The notes under the pieces: model-generated
What the model was told of the DNA's origin: nothing
Seen by the model: the letters and a program-made list of their open reading frames with translations, nothing else
The model's database searches: none
Part shown: piece after piece, positions 12,828-25,090 of the stretch
How positions within the stretch are numbered: position 1 is the first letter of the stretch
Layout of the letters: each line of letters starts with the position of its first letter
Position numbers and translations under genes: made by a program
DNA from: a virus
Reading direction: 5' to 3' (one strand)
Length of the DNA: 64,000 nucleotides
IMG/VR virus record: IMGVR_UViG_3300025000_000061
Span: 1-64,000 of that record

Positions 12828-13366
12828 ATTTAAGGAGATTATTAAAAAATGAGCAGAGAAGCGTCTATGAATTATACAAAACATCAAATAGATACTCAAT
12901 TAAATGAATTTCTAGAAAAGTTTAATATTGCAAGTAAGAAAATATCAGATATTATCAATTCTAATATATCTCCTGTTAGTAAAATTACAACCTTATTAGT
13001 ATTACTTAAAGGTATAGATAGTAGTTTAGATGTAGCAACATTAGTAAATCTTTGTGCAAATTATGAATTTAATTATGGTTGTCTATATAATAGTAAAGGA
13101 GAATCAAAATTATGATTAAAACAACAATATACTTGCATAGAATAGGCGAAAGATTATATGCTAGGGATTGTGATTTAATAGCAGAATTTGATATAATAAA
13201 TGAACCTGATGATGAATATATTGGTAAAATAATCAAGCAAAAATTTGGGTTTGAAATGAAAAAGAGTGAAGTAGAAAGTAATTCTTTTGTAACTGAGGAT
13301 GGAAGAATAGAAGTTAGGTATCATAATTATAAAAGAGTAAATTAAAATTAAGGAGAGTGTTTAATA

Positions 13367-13690
13367 ATGTTATATGAAATTAAAAGAGATGAAAAAGAGG
13401 TTAATGGTGTTAGAGTAGAAACATGGAAAAGAGAAATTATACATTGTAATATTCTTGAAGTAGAAGTAGGAACAACGGGATTTCAAGGTGGAGACACAGG
13501 ACATGGTGGAAGAACATATTTAAGGATAGAAAATTTAGCAAGCACAGATATAAATGTTGCCGTAATAAAAGATGATAACTTTGATACACAAGGACTTACT
13601 CTTGAATTAGGTGGAGATGCAGAATTAGAAACATTTATTGAAGCATTAGAATTTGCTTTAAGAGTATTGAAAGAGCAAAGTAAAGAATAA
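13367..13690 (+). CDS. hypothetical phage protein (GTTGFQGGDTGHGGRT)
   Basis: 107-aa ORF, Gly-rich motif, SD. Confidence 0.8.
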   Translation: MLYEIKRDEKEVNGVRVETWKREIIHCNILEVEVGTTGFQGGDTGHGGRTYLRIENLASTDINVAVIKDDNFDTQGLTLELGGDAELETFIEALEFALRVLKEQSKE

Positions 13691-13711
13691 CATTATTGGA
13701 GGTAATTAGAA

Positions 13712-14047
13712 ATGCTTTTGAATTTTATAATTGACAAAAATATTGTTTTCCCAGTAGCTTTAGAATGGTTAATTGAAAATGGAATTTTAAATAAGGCAGG
13801 TGTGTCTTCGGTATTTTCTAAGGAAAAAGATTTATATTTAACTATTGAATTAAAAGTTGCTCCTAATTTGTTAATAGATTACATGATAAAATTTAATCAC
13901 CCTGATTTATATTTAACAAATGTAAATTTATATGGTATTGTTGGATTTACAATGAGTGAATATGAGGATGAGGATGATAATATAGAAAATTTATTTATAC
14001 CATTTAGTAATATTAGTTGTATTTATAAAAAGGAAAAATCTGTATAA
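13712..14047 (+). CDS. hypothetical protein
   Basis: 111-aa ORF with SD. Confidence 0.75.
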   Translation: MLLNFIIDKNIVFPVALEWLIENGILNKAGVSSVFSKEKDLYLTIELKVAPNLLIDYMIKFNHPDLYLTNVNLYGIVGFTMSEYEDEDDNIENLFIPFSNISCIYKKEKSV

Positions 14048-14362
14048 AAATCTAGTTTTGTTTTAAATAGAAAGGAGTGATTATTTATTATGGGATCATA
14101 TTATGTAGAAATTCCTATTGTTTTAAAGTTGATGGTATCTATAGAAGCGGAAAGTAGAGAGGATGCAAGAGAAAAAGTTTTAAATAGTGATATAAATATA
14201 GACATAAATGATGAAAAGAAAGAATTTGAATCTATTGATTATGAATGGGATATTTATGAAAGAATAGTGCAAGGAAATGTTTATTATGGTATTATTAATG
14301 AAATGAGTATTGAAGAAGATGAATAAAAAATATTAAAAATATTAAAGGAGGAATTACATATT

Positions 14363-15058
14363 ATGGACGATGCAAAAACATACGAACATGAAAGTTTTGC
14401 AATGTTAGGAATTTCAAGAACTACTTGTAACAAAGGTCAGAATCTATTTGGTAGTTCAATCAAACATAATAATACAATCAGTTTAAGAATTAAACCAGCA
14501 AAGGTTGATAGATATTTAAATAGAGATTGGTATCATGCAAAAAGTTTACCATATATCGAAGTTGAAATGTCATATTCCCAATTTGCCGAAGCAATTACAT
14601 CATTAAATTGTGGTGATGGAATTCCTGTAACACTTAGACAATTAAATGGGAAACAAATGGAAGAATGTCCTCAGTTTGATAAAAGACAAGAATTTGAAGT
14701 AGAATTTGAAAAGGAAATGCAAGGTATTGGTCAAAGTTTAAGAAAATTAACTGAACATGCTGAAGCATTATTGAATAGTAAGAAAGCACCTACTAAATCA
14801 GAAAAAGAAATAATACTTAATGGTATTAAATCTTTGAGACAAGAGATAGAGAAAAACATTCCATTTATTCAGCAGAGTTTTAATGAGCAAATGGATAAAA
14901 CTGTGCTTGAAGCAAAAGGTGAAGTAGAAGGATTTGTGATGCATAAAATTATCTCAGCAGGATTGGAAGGACTTCAGAATGAGTTGAAGTTACTTGGTAA
15001 TAATGAAAATGAAGATGAAGAGATGTTAGAATTGGAGGTTATAAGCGATGGAAAATAA
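14363..15058 (+). CDS. hypothetical phage protein
   Basis: 231-aa ORF, SD AGGAGG, LFGSSIKH...EVEMSYSQFAEAITS. Confidence 0.8.
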   Translation: MDDAKTYEHESFAMLGISRTTCNKGQNLFGSSIKHNNTISLRIKPAKVDRYLNRDWYHAKSLPYIEVEMSYSQFAEAITSLNCGDGIPVTLRQLNGKQMEECPQFDKRQEFEVEFEKEMQGIGQSLRKLTEHAEALLNSKKAPTKSEKEIILNGIKSLRQEIEKNIPFIQQSFNEQMDKTVLEAKGEVEGFVMHKIISAGLEGLQNELKLLGNNENEDEEMLELEVISDGK

Positions 15059-15428
15059 AGTATGGGATATTTTAAAGAATCAAAAAGAAGTTTACACAGA
15101 AGAAGGACAGAAGCAAATTGAACAATTACATGACGTTATTGCTATGATATTTGAAAAAGTAAATAAAAATGATATAAGAATATTACATGATGGTATGTGT
15201 ACAAAATTATTTCCAACAATGGATATATTAGAGGAATATTTAAAAGAAGAAAATTGCAAAATAGAAGATAAAAAATATTCATTTTCATATAATTGTAAAG
15301 GTGCAGTAACATGGATTGGTGGTTGTAAAACTGGTTATGTAATGGCAAAAGATGAAAATGAAGCAAGACAAAAAATTAAAGAATTAATGGAAAGAATGAA
15401 TGGTGAAGTGTGCAATGAATATTTTTAA
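15048..15428 (+). CDS. hypothetical protein
   Basis: 126-aa ORF with SD. Confidence 0.7.
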   Translation: MENKVWDILKNQKEVYTEEGQKQIEQLHDVIAMIFEKVNKNDIRILHDGMCTKLFPTMDILEEYLKEENCKIEDKKYSFSYNCKGAVTWIGGCKTGYVMAKDENEARQKIKELMERMNGEVCNEYF

Positions 15429-15448
15429 AGAAGGAGGAATGAAAAACC

Positions 15449-15763
15449 ATGAGAAAAATAATCCCAATCATAGCAGGTAGGCAGATAGATATATCTTCTC
15501 ACATTGATTTATCTAAAATTAAAATAAATCATCTATGGACATTATATGATGAACAAAAGATGTGGGATTCTTGTAAGTTTAATCCGCAAACAGGTGAACC
15601 AGTTAAAACACTAGAAGATTTATATTTACAACATCATGAAGGTGTATTTATTGAGGATTGGGTACACGATTGGAACATTAGAAATGGTAAGTTAGATTAT
15701 TATTCTAGGGTTGTTGGGCAGGGTGAAAGTGTTAAGATATTGATTGAGTATGAGGAGATGTAA
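15449..15763 (+). CDS. hypothetical protein
   Basis: 104-aa ORF with SD. Confidence 0.75.
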   Translation: MRKIIPIIAGRQIDISSHIDLSKIKINHLWTLYDEQKMWDSCKFNPQTGEPVKTLEDLYLQHHEGVFIEDWVHDWNIRNGKLDYYSRVVGQGESVKILIEYEEM

Positions 15764-17593
15764 ATGAATATATTTAACATATTTAACATATTTAAGAACA
15801 AGAAGGATAATAAAATTACGTGTAAAAATTGTGGAAAACATATTTATAATTTAATTGGCAATGTAGAAATTCAAGGTGAACATCCTGTATACCCTCCAGA
15901 GTCATTTCAACCAGTAAATATAGATATTAAACAACCTAAACATGGTGATAAAACTATTTGTCCTTATTGTAATGAGCAATGGCATAATTAATAAAGATAT
16001 TAAAGAGGAGTTAATATAATATGTATAAATATGATATTTTTCAAGTTTACAGAGCATTAATTGATTATGATTGTGGTAGAGGAACTATTATTCCAAAAGA
16101 TACATTATTGCAAATTAAACAATATAGAGGTTCAAGCATTGCACTATTAGCAGAAGATAAAGAAGGATACTATTGGATTCAAGCAAGGGATTTATTAAAC
16201 GAAGATAATTTTCAGAGAGTATTTTAAGAAGGAGGAATAATTATTATGAAAAAAATTGAATTAGAATTAACTGATGATGAAGCATTATATTTGAAAAGTG
16301 AAATGGATATGTTATTAAGATCATATAAAAGAAATTATGCAGGACAAAGATATGATAATGATACTATGGGAGATGTTTTTAATAAGGTTTATAAAGCATT
16401 GTCTGGTGAAGACCATAATCATTATTTGAGAGTTAATATATTAAAATTTTAATTGAATATGAGGAGGAGAATAATTAATATGTTTACAGTAAAAGATGCT
16501 ATTTTAACTTCATTGAGAAATAGTAATAAGCAAGTATATGAATTTATATGTATTCTTGAAAATGAGATAATAAGTGAATCTCATAAAGGTAATAGATATT
16601 GTAATGGAGAATTTATTTTACAAAATAAGGTAGAAATAATAGATATAAATATTGGTGATGTAATAGAATATTTTGAAATATTAGGATATGAAATAGATTT
16701 TGATAGGTCTATTAGTCCTTTTAACCAAGCAATAACTTATGAAGTTAAAATACAGTGGTGAGATTATAAAAACGGAAAATTTATTACTAATTAGGGAGTT
16801 ATATTATGAAAATTAGAAATATAAATAGCGGTGAAATATATCAAGTTTATGGAATTAGTGGTTCAGGATTTAGCAGATGGATTAATCGTTCAGATAAAAT
16901 TGATAGACTTTTAATTTGGGATTTTGGTTATAGATGGGTAAGTATAGATAACTTTGAATTAATATAGGAGAATAAATTATGCAAATATTAAAAGAAAATA
17001 TAGAAGTAGAAGTTGTAAAAATGACAAAACAAGAGTATGAGAATAAATTAAAGGAATATTACAATAAAGGAAAAAAATCTTTAGCAATTGATATTATGAA
17101 TATGATAAAAAATTTTGAATATAGATTAAATTGGGGAGGATTAGATATATTATGTTCTAGAATAATTAGTAAAGTAGCAAAGGAATCGGAATAAATATGT
17201 TAGGAGACATGTCAAATGAGAATTGATAGTTTAGTAAAAGTAAAAGGTAAAAATATTACAGGCATTGTAAAATGGATTGGTGCAGATTATCCACAAACAA
17301 TTAAAATTAAAAATTTAGAGAATGGTGAATTAATAACTTGTTTAAAAAATGAATTAGAAAATATTAACAAACTTTTATTTCTAATCATAAGGGGTGAATG
17401 AATATTTTATTTGATATATTATTATTTATATTATTATTTTTATCTTGTTTTATTATTGGATGTGGTATTTGTATAATAAACGACAAAAGTATAAATGGTC
17501 AGTCTTATATAAAAAATACATCTTATTTAAAAAAATTAGTAGATGAGACACCATTACCATCAAAAAGAAAATAAAAAAGGAGATTGTATAAAT

Positions 17594-17986
17594 ATGAACA
17601 TTAACAGAGATACAATTGAGAAAATATCTAAAGACAATAATATTCAAACTATATCAGAATTGTTAAAACATATTGACCACGAAGAATTCTTTGAATTAGT
17701 TTATGAAAAAAGCAAAGAACTAGAAAATGGAATATTAAGATTCAGATATAAAGATAGGGAAGAAGTATTGAATAATTATAAAAGAGAATTATATGATATA
17801 ATGATAAGTAAAGGAAGATATTTAGATAAGGAAAAATGTGGTATAAGTGAAGAAGTAAAAGATAATGTAAAATATGTTTGTAATTATATTATTAAATGTG
17901 ATAATCAAAAATATGATTCTCAATTACAAACTATGATTTGTGAATGGGAAGATGCGGAAGATTGTGTACATTGTTTTAAAGTATAA
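17594..17986 (+). CDS. hypothetical protein
   Basis: Start moved to ATG 17594 behind SD. Confidence 0.7.
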   Translation: MNINRDTIEKISKDNNIQTISELLKHIDHEEFFELVYEKSKELENGILRFRYKDREEVLNNYKRELYDIMISKGRYLDKEKCGISEEVKDNVKYVCNYIIKCDNQKYDSQLQTMICEWEDAEDCVHCFKV

Positions 17987-18426
17987 TTATTAAGGAGGTT
18001 ATTAACATGAATAAAAATGATAGAATATTATTAAATGAAGCAACAAGAGAAGCAGGGAAATTAATGATAAATCAAGGTATATCTATAGCAAATATTTTAA
18101 ATGAGTATGAGAAAGTTAAACATTTAATACTTTATGAAGACTTTGTAGAGTTATGTAAGAAAAGAGTTGTTAATTTTTATAAGGATGTGGTGTAATTGGA
18201 CAAAAATGAAGCATTAGACATATTGAAAGCATTTGTAATTTGTCATATTCCAAGTAGAAAATTTACTTGCAATGATTGTCCTTTTAATGGAGATTTTATA
18301 AAGGAAAATGGAAAAACTATATTACATTGTACTTATCATAAGAAACTATCAAATGAGAGAGTGGAAGAAGCATTGAAAGTTTTGTCTGAGTGAGATATGA
18401 TTATTATAAGAGGAGGAATTTTTAAT

Positions 18427-18738
18427 ATGGATAAGTTATTTATTAAATGTATTGATAATAGTCAAAATGTTGATAATTTATTAGTATGGAAACTAGTGGA
18501 TTGTGTTAAGAAAAACATATATAGTGAATTATCTATAGGTGAATTATATGAATTATTATTTTGGGATGTAATGTTAACTGAATATATTGTTAAAATTCCT
18601 TATGTACAATTAGTGTTTATAAAATATGGTGATAATGTTGCTACTTTAATGATTGAGTATATAAAACAATCAACAAAAGAGTATAATTTAAAAGGTGAAG
18701 ATAAAGTTATATTTAAAAATATTATTAAAAAATTATAA
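18427..18738 (+). CDS. hypothetical protein
   Basis: Start moved to ATG 18427 behind AGGAGG. Confidence 0.7.
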   Translation: MDKLFIKCIDNSQNVDNLLVWKLVDCVKKNIYSELSIGELYELLFWDVMLTEYIVKIPYVQLVFIKYGDNVATLMIEYIKQSTKEYNLKGEDKVIFKNIIKKL

Positions 18739-19467
18739 AAATTATTAATAATAAATTGGAGATTTCGATTGGAGGTTTCGTTGTGAATACAGATAAATAT
18801 AGTGATATGATTAATAAATTAAAGAAGGAAAAGAAATTAGATTTAACTGAACAGGAATATATTGAATTAAAAATGCATGTTAGTAAGAGTAGAAATTTTC
18901 ATGATGCAGTTAATTTATTTTATTACGAGGATAAAATTAATGTCATTCATAGATAAGATCAAATTTTCATTTTTAATACAATATAAAAGGAGAATATAAA
19001 TGGAATATATTGGTGGAGTATTAAATGTATTAGGTTCACTTATAGCTTTAATTAGTAATATTAATTTTAAAAAAGATATTAAAAAACAAACAGAAGCAAT
19101 TTGTGGTGGGAATCCGCATTTAGAAAAAAGTCTTATTAAACAATCTATATTATCAGCTATAGGGTTTTCTATGATAACTATAGGTTTTATATTGCAGTTG
19201 ATATCAAAATAAAAACATAGGAGGTATATATTATGGAATTAAAAAATTGTTTTTCAAATACAGATGATTCAATATTATTTAAAGCATTTGAGGAGTTTCT
19301 TAAACATGAAGAAACAGGAGATTTGAAAAGTGGTATAATTAAAAATCTTGCATATCAAATAAATCAATTTCAAGCTATTTCTATAGCAATTAATTTTGTA
19401 GAAATGGAATTGCTAAAAGAAATGGCAATGAGATATTATGAACGAGGTTAAAACAGGTTTAGATTGC

Positions 19468-19496
19468 TTGACAGAATACAAAAATAATGTTATTAT
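19468..19496 (+). promoter_or_regulatory. sigmaA promoter containing AGAATACAAAAATAA motif
   Basis: TTGACA-17-TATTAT with extended -10 TG; motif 19473-19487. Confidence 0.8.
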
Positions 19497-19528
19497 GTTT
19501 GAAATACATATAAGGAGATGAATAAACT

Positions 19529-20008
19529 ATGGATATTAAACCTAATCCCAATAAGCAAATTAAGCAGTTTAAAAAGCTAATCAAATCATTTGAGAAACAA
19601 ATACAACAAATTAAAGTAGAAAACTTTATTAATAAGAAAAATATAATTGAAGAACGTATTAAATTGCATTGTGGATTAACTGGTTCTAAATATACTATAG
19701 ATAAATATTCAGAAGAAAATATGGAATTAAAAATTATAGTAAGAGAAAAACCTATTTACAAAAATGAAGAAACAGGGTTAGATATTTATTTTACTATTGA
19801 AAATGAACATTTGGCAATATCAACAGGAATATGTCAACCTTATAAATATTGGGAGAAAAATCCTGATTGGTTTAAGATTATGAGTATGAATAATACTGAT
19901 GAATGTATATTAGGTAAAGTAAATAAAATACTTGTAAAAGTAGATCATCATATGCAAAGTAGAATTCAACGGACAGAGTATCAAGAATGTAAATTTAAGA
20001 TTGTATAA
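19529..20008 (+). CDS. hypothetical protein
   Basis: 159-aa ORF with SD. Confidence 0.75.
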   Translation: MDIKPNPNKQIKQFKKLIKSFEKQIQQIKVENFINKKNIIEERIKLHCGLTGSKYTIDKYSEENMELKIIVREKPIYKNEETGLDIYFTIENEHLAISTGICQPYKYWEKNPDWFKIMSMNNTDECILGKVNKILVKVDHHMQSRIQRTEYQECKFKIV

Positions 20009-21469
20009 ATTTTGATTGGATAGGTGAATGAAATGATTAAAGATAATTGTAATAATTGTTTATGTAATAATTGTGCTAAGAGAAAACATGATGGTGCAAA
20101 TGGATATTATTGGCATGGTAAATGTGAAAGATGCAATAAAAATAATTGTAATAAATCGGTGATTGAGTGTGATAGATATTTAAGTGAAGAAAAATATAAA
20201 GAAATGTAATAATTAATATTAAATATTAGGAGGAATAAATTATGGAGAACAAAAATTACCTAGAAGAAATTATTTATGAATATATTAAAAAACATCAAGA
20301 CCATAATCTTGATAGTTTAGATATAATTAGTCATTTTATGTTACGTGATACATTAATTACACTTAGTAGTTTAGAAGAGAAAAATAGAATTAAACGTGAA
20401 TATGTTTATGGAGTTAATTATAGATATGTTGTTTGTTGAAATAATTTATAAATGAAAAGGAGAATAATGATGAATAAAAATAAAATATATGTTGTAACAA
20501 TGTATAGAAATGGAACTAGAGACAAACATTCTTATGTACTTGGAGCATATACAAAGAAAGCATTGGCATTGTCAGAAGCAGATAAAGAAGAAAATGATAG
20601 AGGTGGTAAATATTTATCTGAAATATTAGAATATAATCATAATGAAACCAATAGTCAACCAAAAGAAATTAGAGGATTGTTTAGATAATTAACATCATAT
20701 AAACCTTTGTTCAAATTTTAAGGAGGAATTTTTAACATGCCAGATAAAAATTATCGTGATATGAGTAAACCATGTGCATTTGTTACTGGTGAAGAAATGA
20801 TGGATTTAGTTGATTATCACCATGCTTTTAGTAGAAGTCATAGTTTTATGTTAATTACTTATAAATTATGGAATGAATTAATGAAGAATGAAGATAATAA
20901 GAAATTGGTTAAATCATTGCAAAGTAAAGGAGATAATTAATATGCATACAGAAAAAGAATTATTAAAACTAGCAGGTAAACTTGCTATGGCATGTGAACA
21001 AATTTTATTAAGTAATTCAAAAACATTAAGTGATAATATTAAATTAATGGAAATTGCTTTAAATAGTTATAATAATGCTATCATTGAAAATTTAATGGAA
21101 AATGAATTAAATAATAAATAATAAATAATAAATAATAAAAGGAGAATATCAAATGCCAAAAATTAAATGTATCGGTTGTGGAAAATCTAAAATAATTCCA
21201 TCACAGAATATAGATTTACAAATAGTATTAGACAATGGATTTAACTTTGTTTGGAATGTATCAGATGGATTAGTTAGTGAGATACTATGTGGTGAATGTG
21301 CTGAGAAGGTTAGAGAACACGTTCATGCAATTGAGGATATTATAGGAATTGAAATTGGGTTATTACATTTAGGTGATTATAGTAAGTATAAGTTAGATAA
21401 ATCTGATTGAATAAGAATACTAAAATAATAAATAGTATGTAAGCACATGTAAATAAAATCAGAAAGGAA

Positions 21470-21916
21470 TTGATAATGAAAAATATAATTGTAGCAACAT
21501 TTACTTTACTTTTTGTATTTACGTTTTCTACAGAGTTGTCTTATAGTCAAATCAGCACACAATTAATTAATAAACCAATAGAATCAGTTAGTATTCATAA
21601 TCCTCCTGTTATACCTTTGAAAATAGAAAAAGAAAATTACATAATCATGAGAGCATCGGCATATACAAAAAGTGTTGAAGAAGGGACAAGCAGAGGAATT
21701 ACTAGATGTGGGACAAAAGTAAACAGAGGTACAGTCTCAGTAGATCCTAGAATAATACCACTAAAAACTAAGTTATATATAGAAGGATATGGGGAAGCTA
21801 CTGCATTGGACACTGGTGGAGCAATTAAAGGTAATAGAATTGATCTATATATGGAAACAAAGAAAGAAGCATTAGAATGGGGATTAAAGGAAGTTAAGGT
21901 TTTTATTTTAGAATGA
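21470..21916 (+). CDS. secreted 3D-domain cell-wall hydrolase-like protein
   Basis: Signal peptide; ASAY...VSVDPRIIPL...ALDTGGAIKGNRIDLY (three Asp). Confidence 0.92.
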   Translation: MIMKNIIVATFTLLFVFTFSTELSYSQISTQLINKPIESVSIHNPPVIPLKIEKENYIIMRASAYTKSVEEGTSRGITRCGTKVNRGTVSVDPRIIPLKTKLYIEGYGEATALDTGGAIKGNRIDLYMETKKEALEWGLKEVKVFILE

Positions 21917-21938
21917 TAGTATTAATAATAGAATTAAT

Positions 21939-21985
21939 AGAATAATAAAATAAATGTTGACATTATATTTGATATAGACTATTAT
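21939..21985 (+). promoter_or_regulatory. sigmaA promoter of uvsE with upstream motif variant
   Basis: AGAATAATAAAATAA 21939-21953; TTGACA 21957-17-TATTAT. Confidence 0.75.
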
Positions 21986-22020
21986 ATATTTATAGTATAA
22001 TAAATCGGAGGTAATTTTAT

Positions 22021-22911
22021 ATGATTCGTAACATTGGATTTGCTTGTATGTCTTTAAAATGTAATACTAAATACAAAACATTTAGACTTGCTAATTTTAG
22101 TGAGCATAAATTATATCAAACTGTAATGCACAATATAAAAGAGACTGAGAGAACCATTAGACAGTGTTCTATAGATGGTATTAAAATTTTTAGATTAAGT
22201 TCTGACATTGTACCATTTGCTACTCATGAGGTAGTAAAAGGTATTGATTTTATGTCTTGGATTAGAAATGATTTAAAGAATATAGGTAAACTATGTAAAG
22301 ATAATGAAATACGTTTTAGTATGCACCCTTCACAAATAGTTAATATAAATTCACCAAGTAAAGATGTTGTTAAGGCTTCGATAAAGGATTTAATATATCA
22401 TTATAATATATTGAATTCTATGAGATTGGAAATGGATGATGATTTTAATATAATCATTCATGTAGGTGGTGTATATGGTGACAAAGTTGAAGCAATGAAG
22501 AGATTTATTAAAGTATTTAATAAATTACCAGAGCAGTTACGAAATCATATTGTGCTAGAGAATGATGATAAAAGTTATAATATTAATGATGTTATGGAAA
22601 TACATAATCATACTGGAGTGAAGATTGTGCTTGATCTACATCATCATATATGCTGTAACGATGGTTTAGTATTAAATTTAAAATCTATATTTAACACTTG
22701 GAACGGTAAATGTCCAAAGATACATATAAGTTCTCCTAAGTCGGACAAAGAGTTTAGGAGTCATGCAGAGATGATTGATTTTGATTATTGTAAGGAGTTT
22801 TTGAAACGGTCAGAAGGTTATGAGTTTGACGTTATGTTGGAGTGTAAGAATAAAGATTTAGCAGTTGATAAATTTAAAAAAGATTTAATGGAATACAAAA
22901 ATAATAGTTGA
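22021..22911 (+). CDS. uvsE: UV DNA damage endonuclease
   Basis: IGFAC, FRLSSDIVPF, SMHP, IHVGG, LENDD, DLHHH, HISSP, HA, MLECK motifs. Confidence 0.95.
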   Translation: MIRNIGFACMSLKCNTKYKTFRLANFSEHKLYQTVMHNIKETERTIRQCSIDGIKIFRLSSDIVPFATHEVVKGIDFMSWIRNDLKNIGKLCKDNEIRFSMHPSQIVNINSPSKDVVKASIKDLIYHYNILNSMRLEMDDDFNIIIHVGGVYGDKVEAMKRFIKVFNKLPEQLRNHIVLENDDKSYNINDVMEIHNHTGVKIVLDLHHHICCNDGLVLNLKSIFNTWNGKCPKIHISSPKSDKEFRSHAEMIDFDYCKEFLKRSEGYEFDVMLECKNKDLAVDKFKKDLMEYKNNS

Positions 22912-22936
22912 CAGGTGAAAATATATAGTATAGAAT
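22890..22936 (+). promoter_or_regulatory. sigmaA promoter with motif GGAATACAAAAATAA embedded in the uvsE 3' end
   Basis: Motif 22890-22904; TTGACA 22908-17-TAGAAT. Confidence 0.75.
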
Positions 22937-23006
22937 AGTTATTAGTTAAATAAATTCCTGAATGGTTAATAGTAAGTTAAATATAAAATATAGGAGATAA
23001 TAATTA

Positions 23007-23333
23007 ATGTATAATAGGATTTTGAGTATTGCAGATATTGATTGGTGTATTAGAAGAATTGAATTTAAAGAAGATACATTGGTATGTCACAAAAAATTTG
23101 GTGTTGGAATAGTATTACATAAAGATTATGAGATTATGAATAATCCAAATGTATTTGCTGAAAATTATTGGTATGTATGTTTTGATAAATCTACAGATGG
23201 GAAAGTAATAAGAAGTATAAGAGCAGATCAATTAAAAAGTATTAAGAATAAAGAAGAAGCAAAATATTATGATTGGAATAAACATAATGATAAATTGATT
23301 AATGCTTATAGAAAAGGAGAATATTATAATTAA
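23007..23333 (+). CDS. hypothetical protein
   Basis: 108-aa ORF with SD. Confidence 0.7.
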   Translation: MYNRILSIADIDWCIRRIEFKEDTLVCHKKFGVGIVLHKDYEIMNNPNVFAENYWYVCFDKSTDGKVIRSIRADQLKSIKNKEEAKYYDWNKHNDKLINAYRKGEYYN

Positions 23334-23342
23334 AAATAAAAT

Positions 23343-23368
23343 AAGGAATGATTTCCACATCATTCCTT
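23343..23368. terminator. hairpin between convergent genes
   Basis: AAGGAATGA-N8-TCATTCCTT. Confidence 0.55.
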
Positions 23369-23875
23369 AGACAAAATTTTTATATCTTTGATAGGATAGT
23401 AAATAAATTCTGCTTTGCCTATTATATCATATATAGGAACTGTTCCCCAATACCTACTATCGTAACTATTGTTTCTATTATCACCCATTAAGAAATAATT
23501 ATTATCAGGTATCTTATAAGGTGAAAAATTGTTAATAGGTGGTGCAGATATATATGATTCTCTCAATGGTTCATTGTTAATATAAACTATACCATTATTA
23601 ACACTTATAGTTTCATTAGGTAAACCGATAACTCTTTTCACAAAAGGTTTATTGTCAGATTCTATTGGAGGATTAAATACAACAACGTCACCTCTATTAA
23701 TATCTGTGAATTTATAAGTGAATTTACTTGTTATAATACGATCACTAATATTTAATGTTGGAATCATAGAACCACTTGGAATGTAATAAGCTTCAGCAAT
23801 ATAGGTTCTAAATACAAAGAAAAATACGAGAGTTATTAATAAGGTTTTAGCATATTCTAAGATTGTTTTCTTCAT
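23360..23875 (-). CDS. lepB: signal peptidase I
   Basis: N-terminal TM, SGSMIPTL, RGDVVVF, FVKRVIGLP, MGDNRNNSYDSR; SD AAGGAGG on minus strand. Confidence 0.95.
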   Translation of the reverse strand: MKKTILEYAKTLLITLVFFFVFRTYIAEAYYIPSGSMIPTLNISDRIITSKFTYKFTDINRGDVVVFNPPIESDNKPFVKRVIGLPNETISVNNGIVYINNEPLRESYISAPPINNFSPYKIPDNNYFLMGDNRNNSYDSRYWGTVPIYDIIGKAEFIYYPIKDIKILSKE

Positions 23876-23982
23876 GTTTTAACCTCCTTGATTATTGATA
23901 GATTTAATTATATCATAATTAAATATAGTGAGCAAGAAATAGCAAGTAAACAAACTGTAAAGTTAAATACCTTGACACTAAC

Positions 23983-24041
23983 AAAGTATTGATATATAAA
24001 GGTTTTAAAAAGTGTAAATCATTACAAAAGAATGGTTTTAT
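23983..24041 (+). repeat. Composite site: 23-bp palindrome plus core
   Basis: AAAGTATT-GATATAT-AAAGGTTT 23983-24005; ACAAA-AGAATGGT-TTTAT 24024-24041. Confidence 0.8.
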
Positions 24042-24757
24042 GATGAAATTAAAAAGGAGTGTATTATGAGTAAGCATTATGAATTTATACATAAAAAAGT
24101 AATAGATATTTGTAATTGTATTTTTGGTAATATAAAAACAAAAACAGATGCAAAAGAAACTATATTACTAATGATTGCTACATCTTGTAAATTATATGAA
24201 AGTGACAATAACTTCAGAAATAAAATTAATGAAACTGAAAGATATATAAAATTAAAAATGAAATTGGAAAAATTATAATAATAAAAAGGAGAATATAAAA
24301 ATGTTTACTTGTTATAATGAAGATACTCATAATTGTGACGGTAGATGTCAAGGTGCATCAGATTGTCCTTTAGCACATGATATAAATATAAGTAAAAGAG
24401 TAATGAAATTATATATTAAACAAGCAATCGAACGGAAGAAAGAATGGGATAAATTTACTGAAGAATTACATCAAGATGAAGAATTTATAAAAGAAATTAA
24501 AAGTATTTTAGATAAATTTAATTATGGAAGGAGAGCAAATAAATAATGAATAAAATTGATCGTTTAATTTATGAATCAGAAAAAGGTCAATCAATCCATA
24601 ATTTTGCAGAAGAACTTTGTGAAGAATATAAATTAAACAACATAGAATTTTATGGTATATTCAATGATATTAAATTAGTAGTAAATCAATATGAAAATCC
24701 TATGTCTTTGTATTGGCAGTATATGTATAAAAGAGAATTAGAAAGGAGTAGATAATT

Positions 24758-25090
24758 ATGAAATACCCAAACTATATTAAAATCTACTTTGATAATGAAG
24801 AATGGTGTGAAAAATTAAACACAAAGAAGAAAGAATATTTTTCAGAGGATTTAGCATTAAGTTGTACAAAAGGTAAAGAAAATGAATTAGTTGTTTTTGA
24901 AAGTGAAACTTATTCTATAGAAGATTTAAAAAACGATGGGTTGAAATATGAAAAGATAACTGAAAAAGAATACAAAGAATTTATAAGGCAAAAACTTAAA
25001 CAGCAATTTAAAGAAGAAATAGAGAGATTGTATAAAAGAATAGAGGAAACTAAAAGAGAAGAAGAATTGATTTTAAGTAAGTATTGTTAA
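24758..25090 (+). CDS. hypothetical protein
   Basis: 110-aa ORF with SD. Confidence 0.7.
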   Translation: MKYPNYIKIYFDNEEWCEKLNTKKKEYFSEDLALSCTKGKENELVVFESETYSIEDLKNDGLKYEKITEKEYKEFIRQKLKQQFKEEIERLYKRIEETKREEELILSKYC

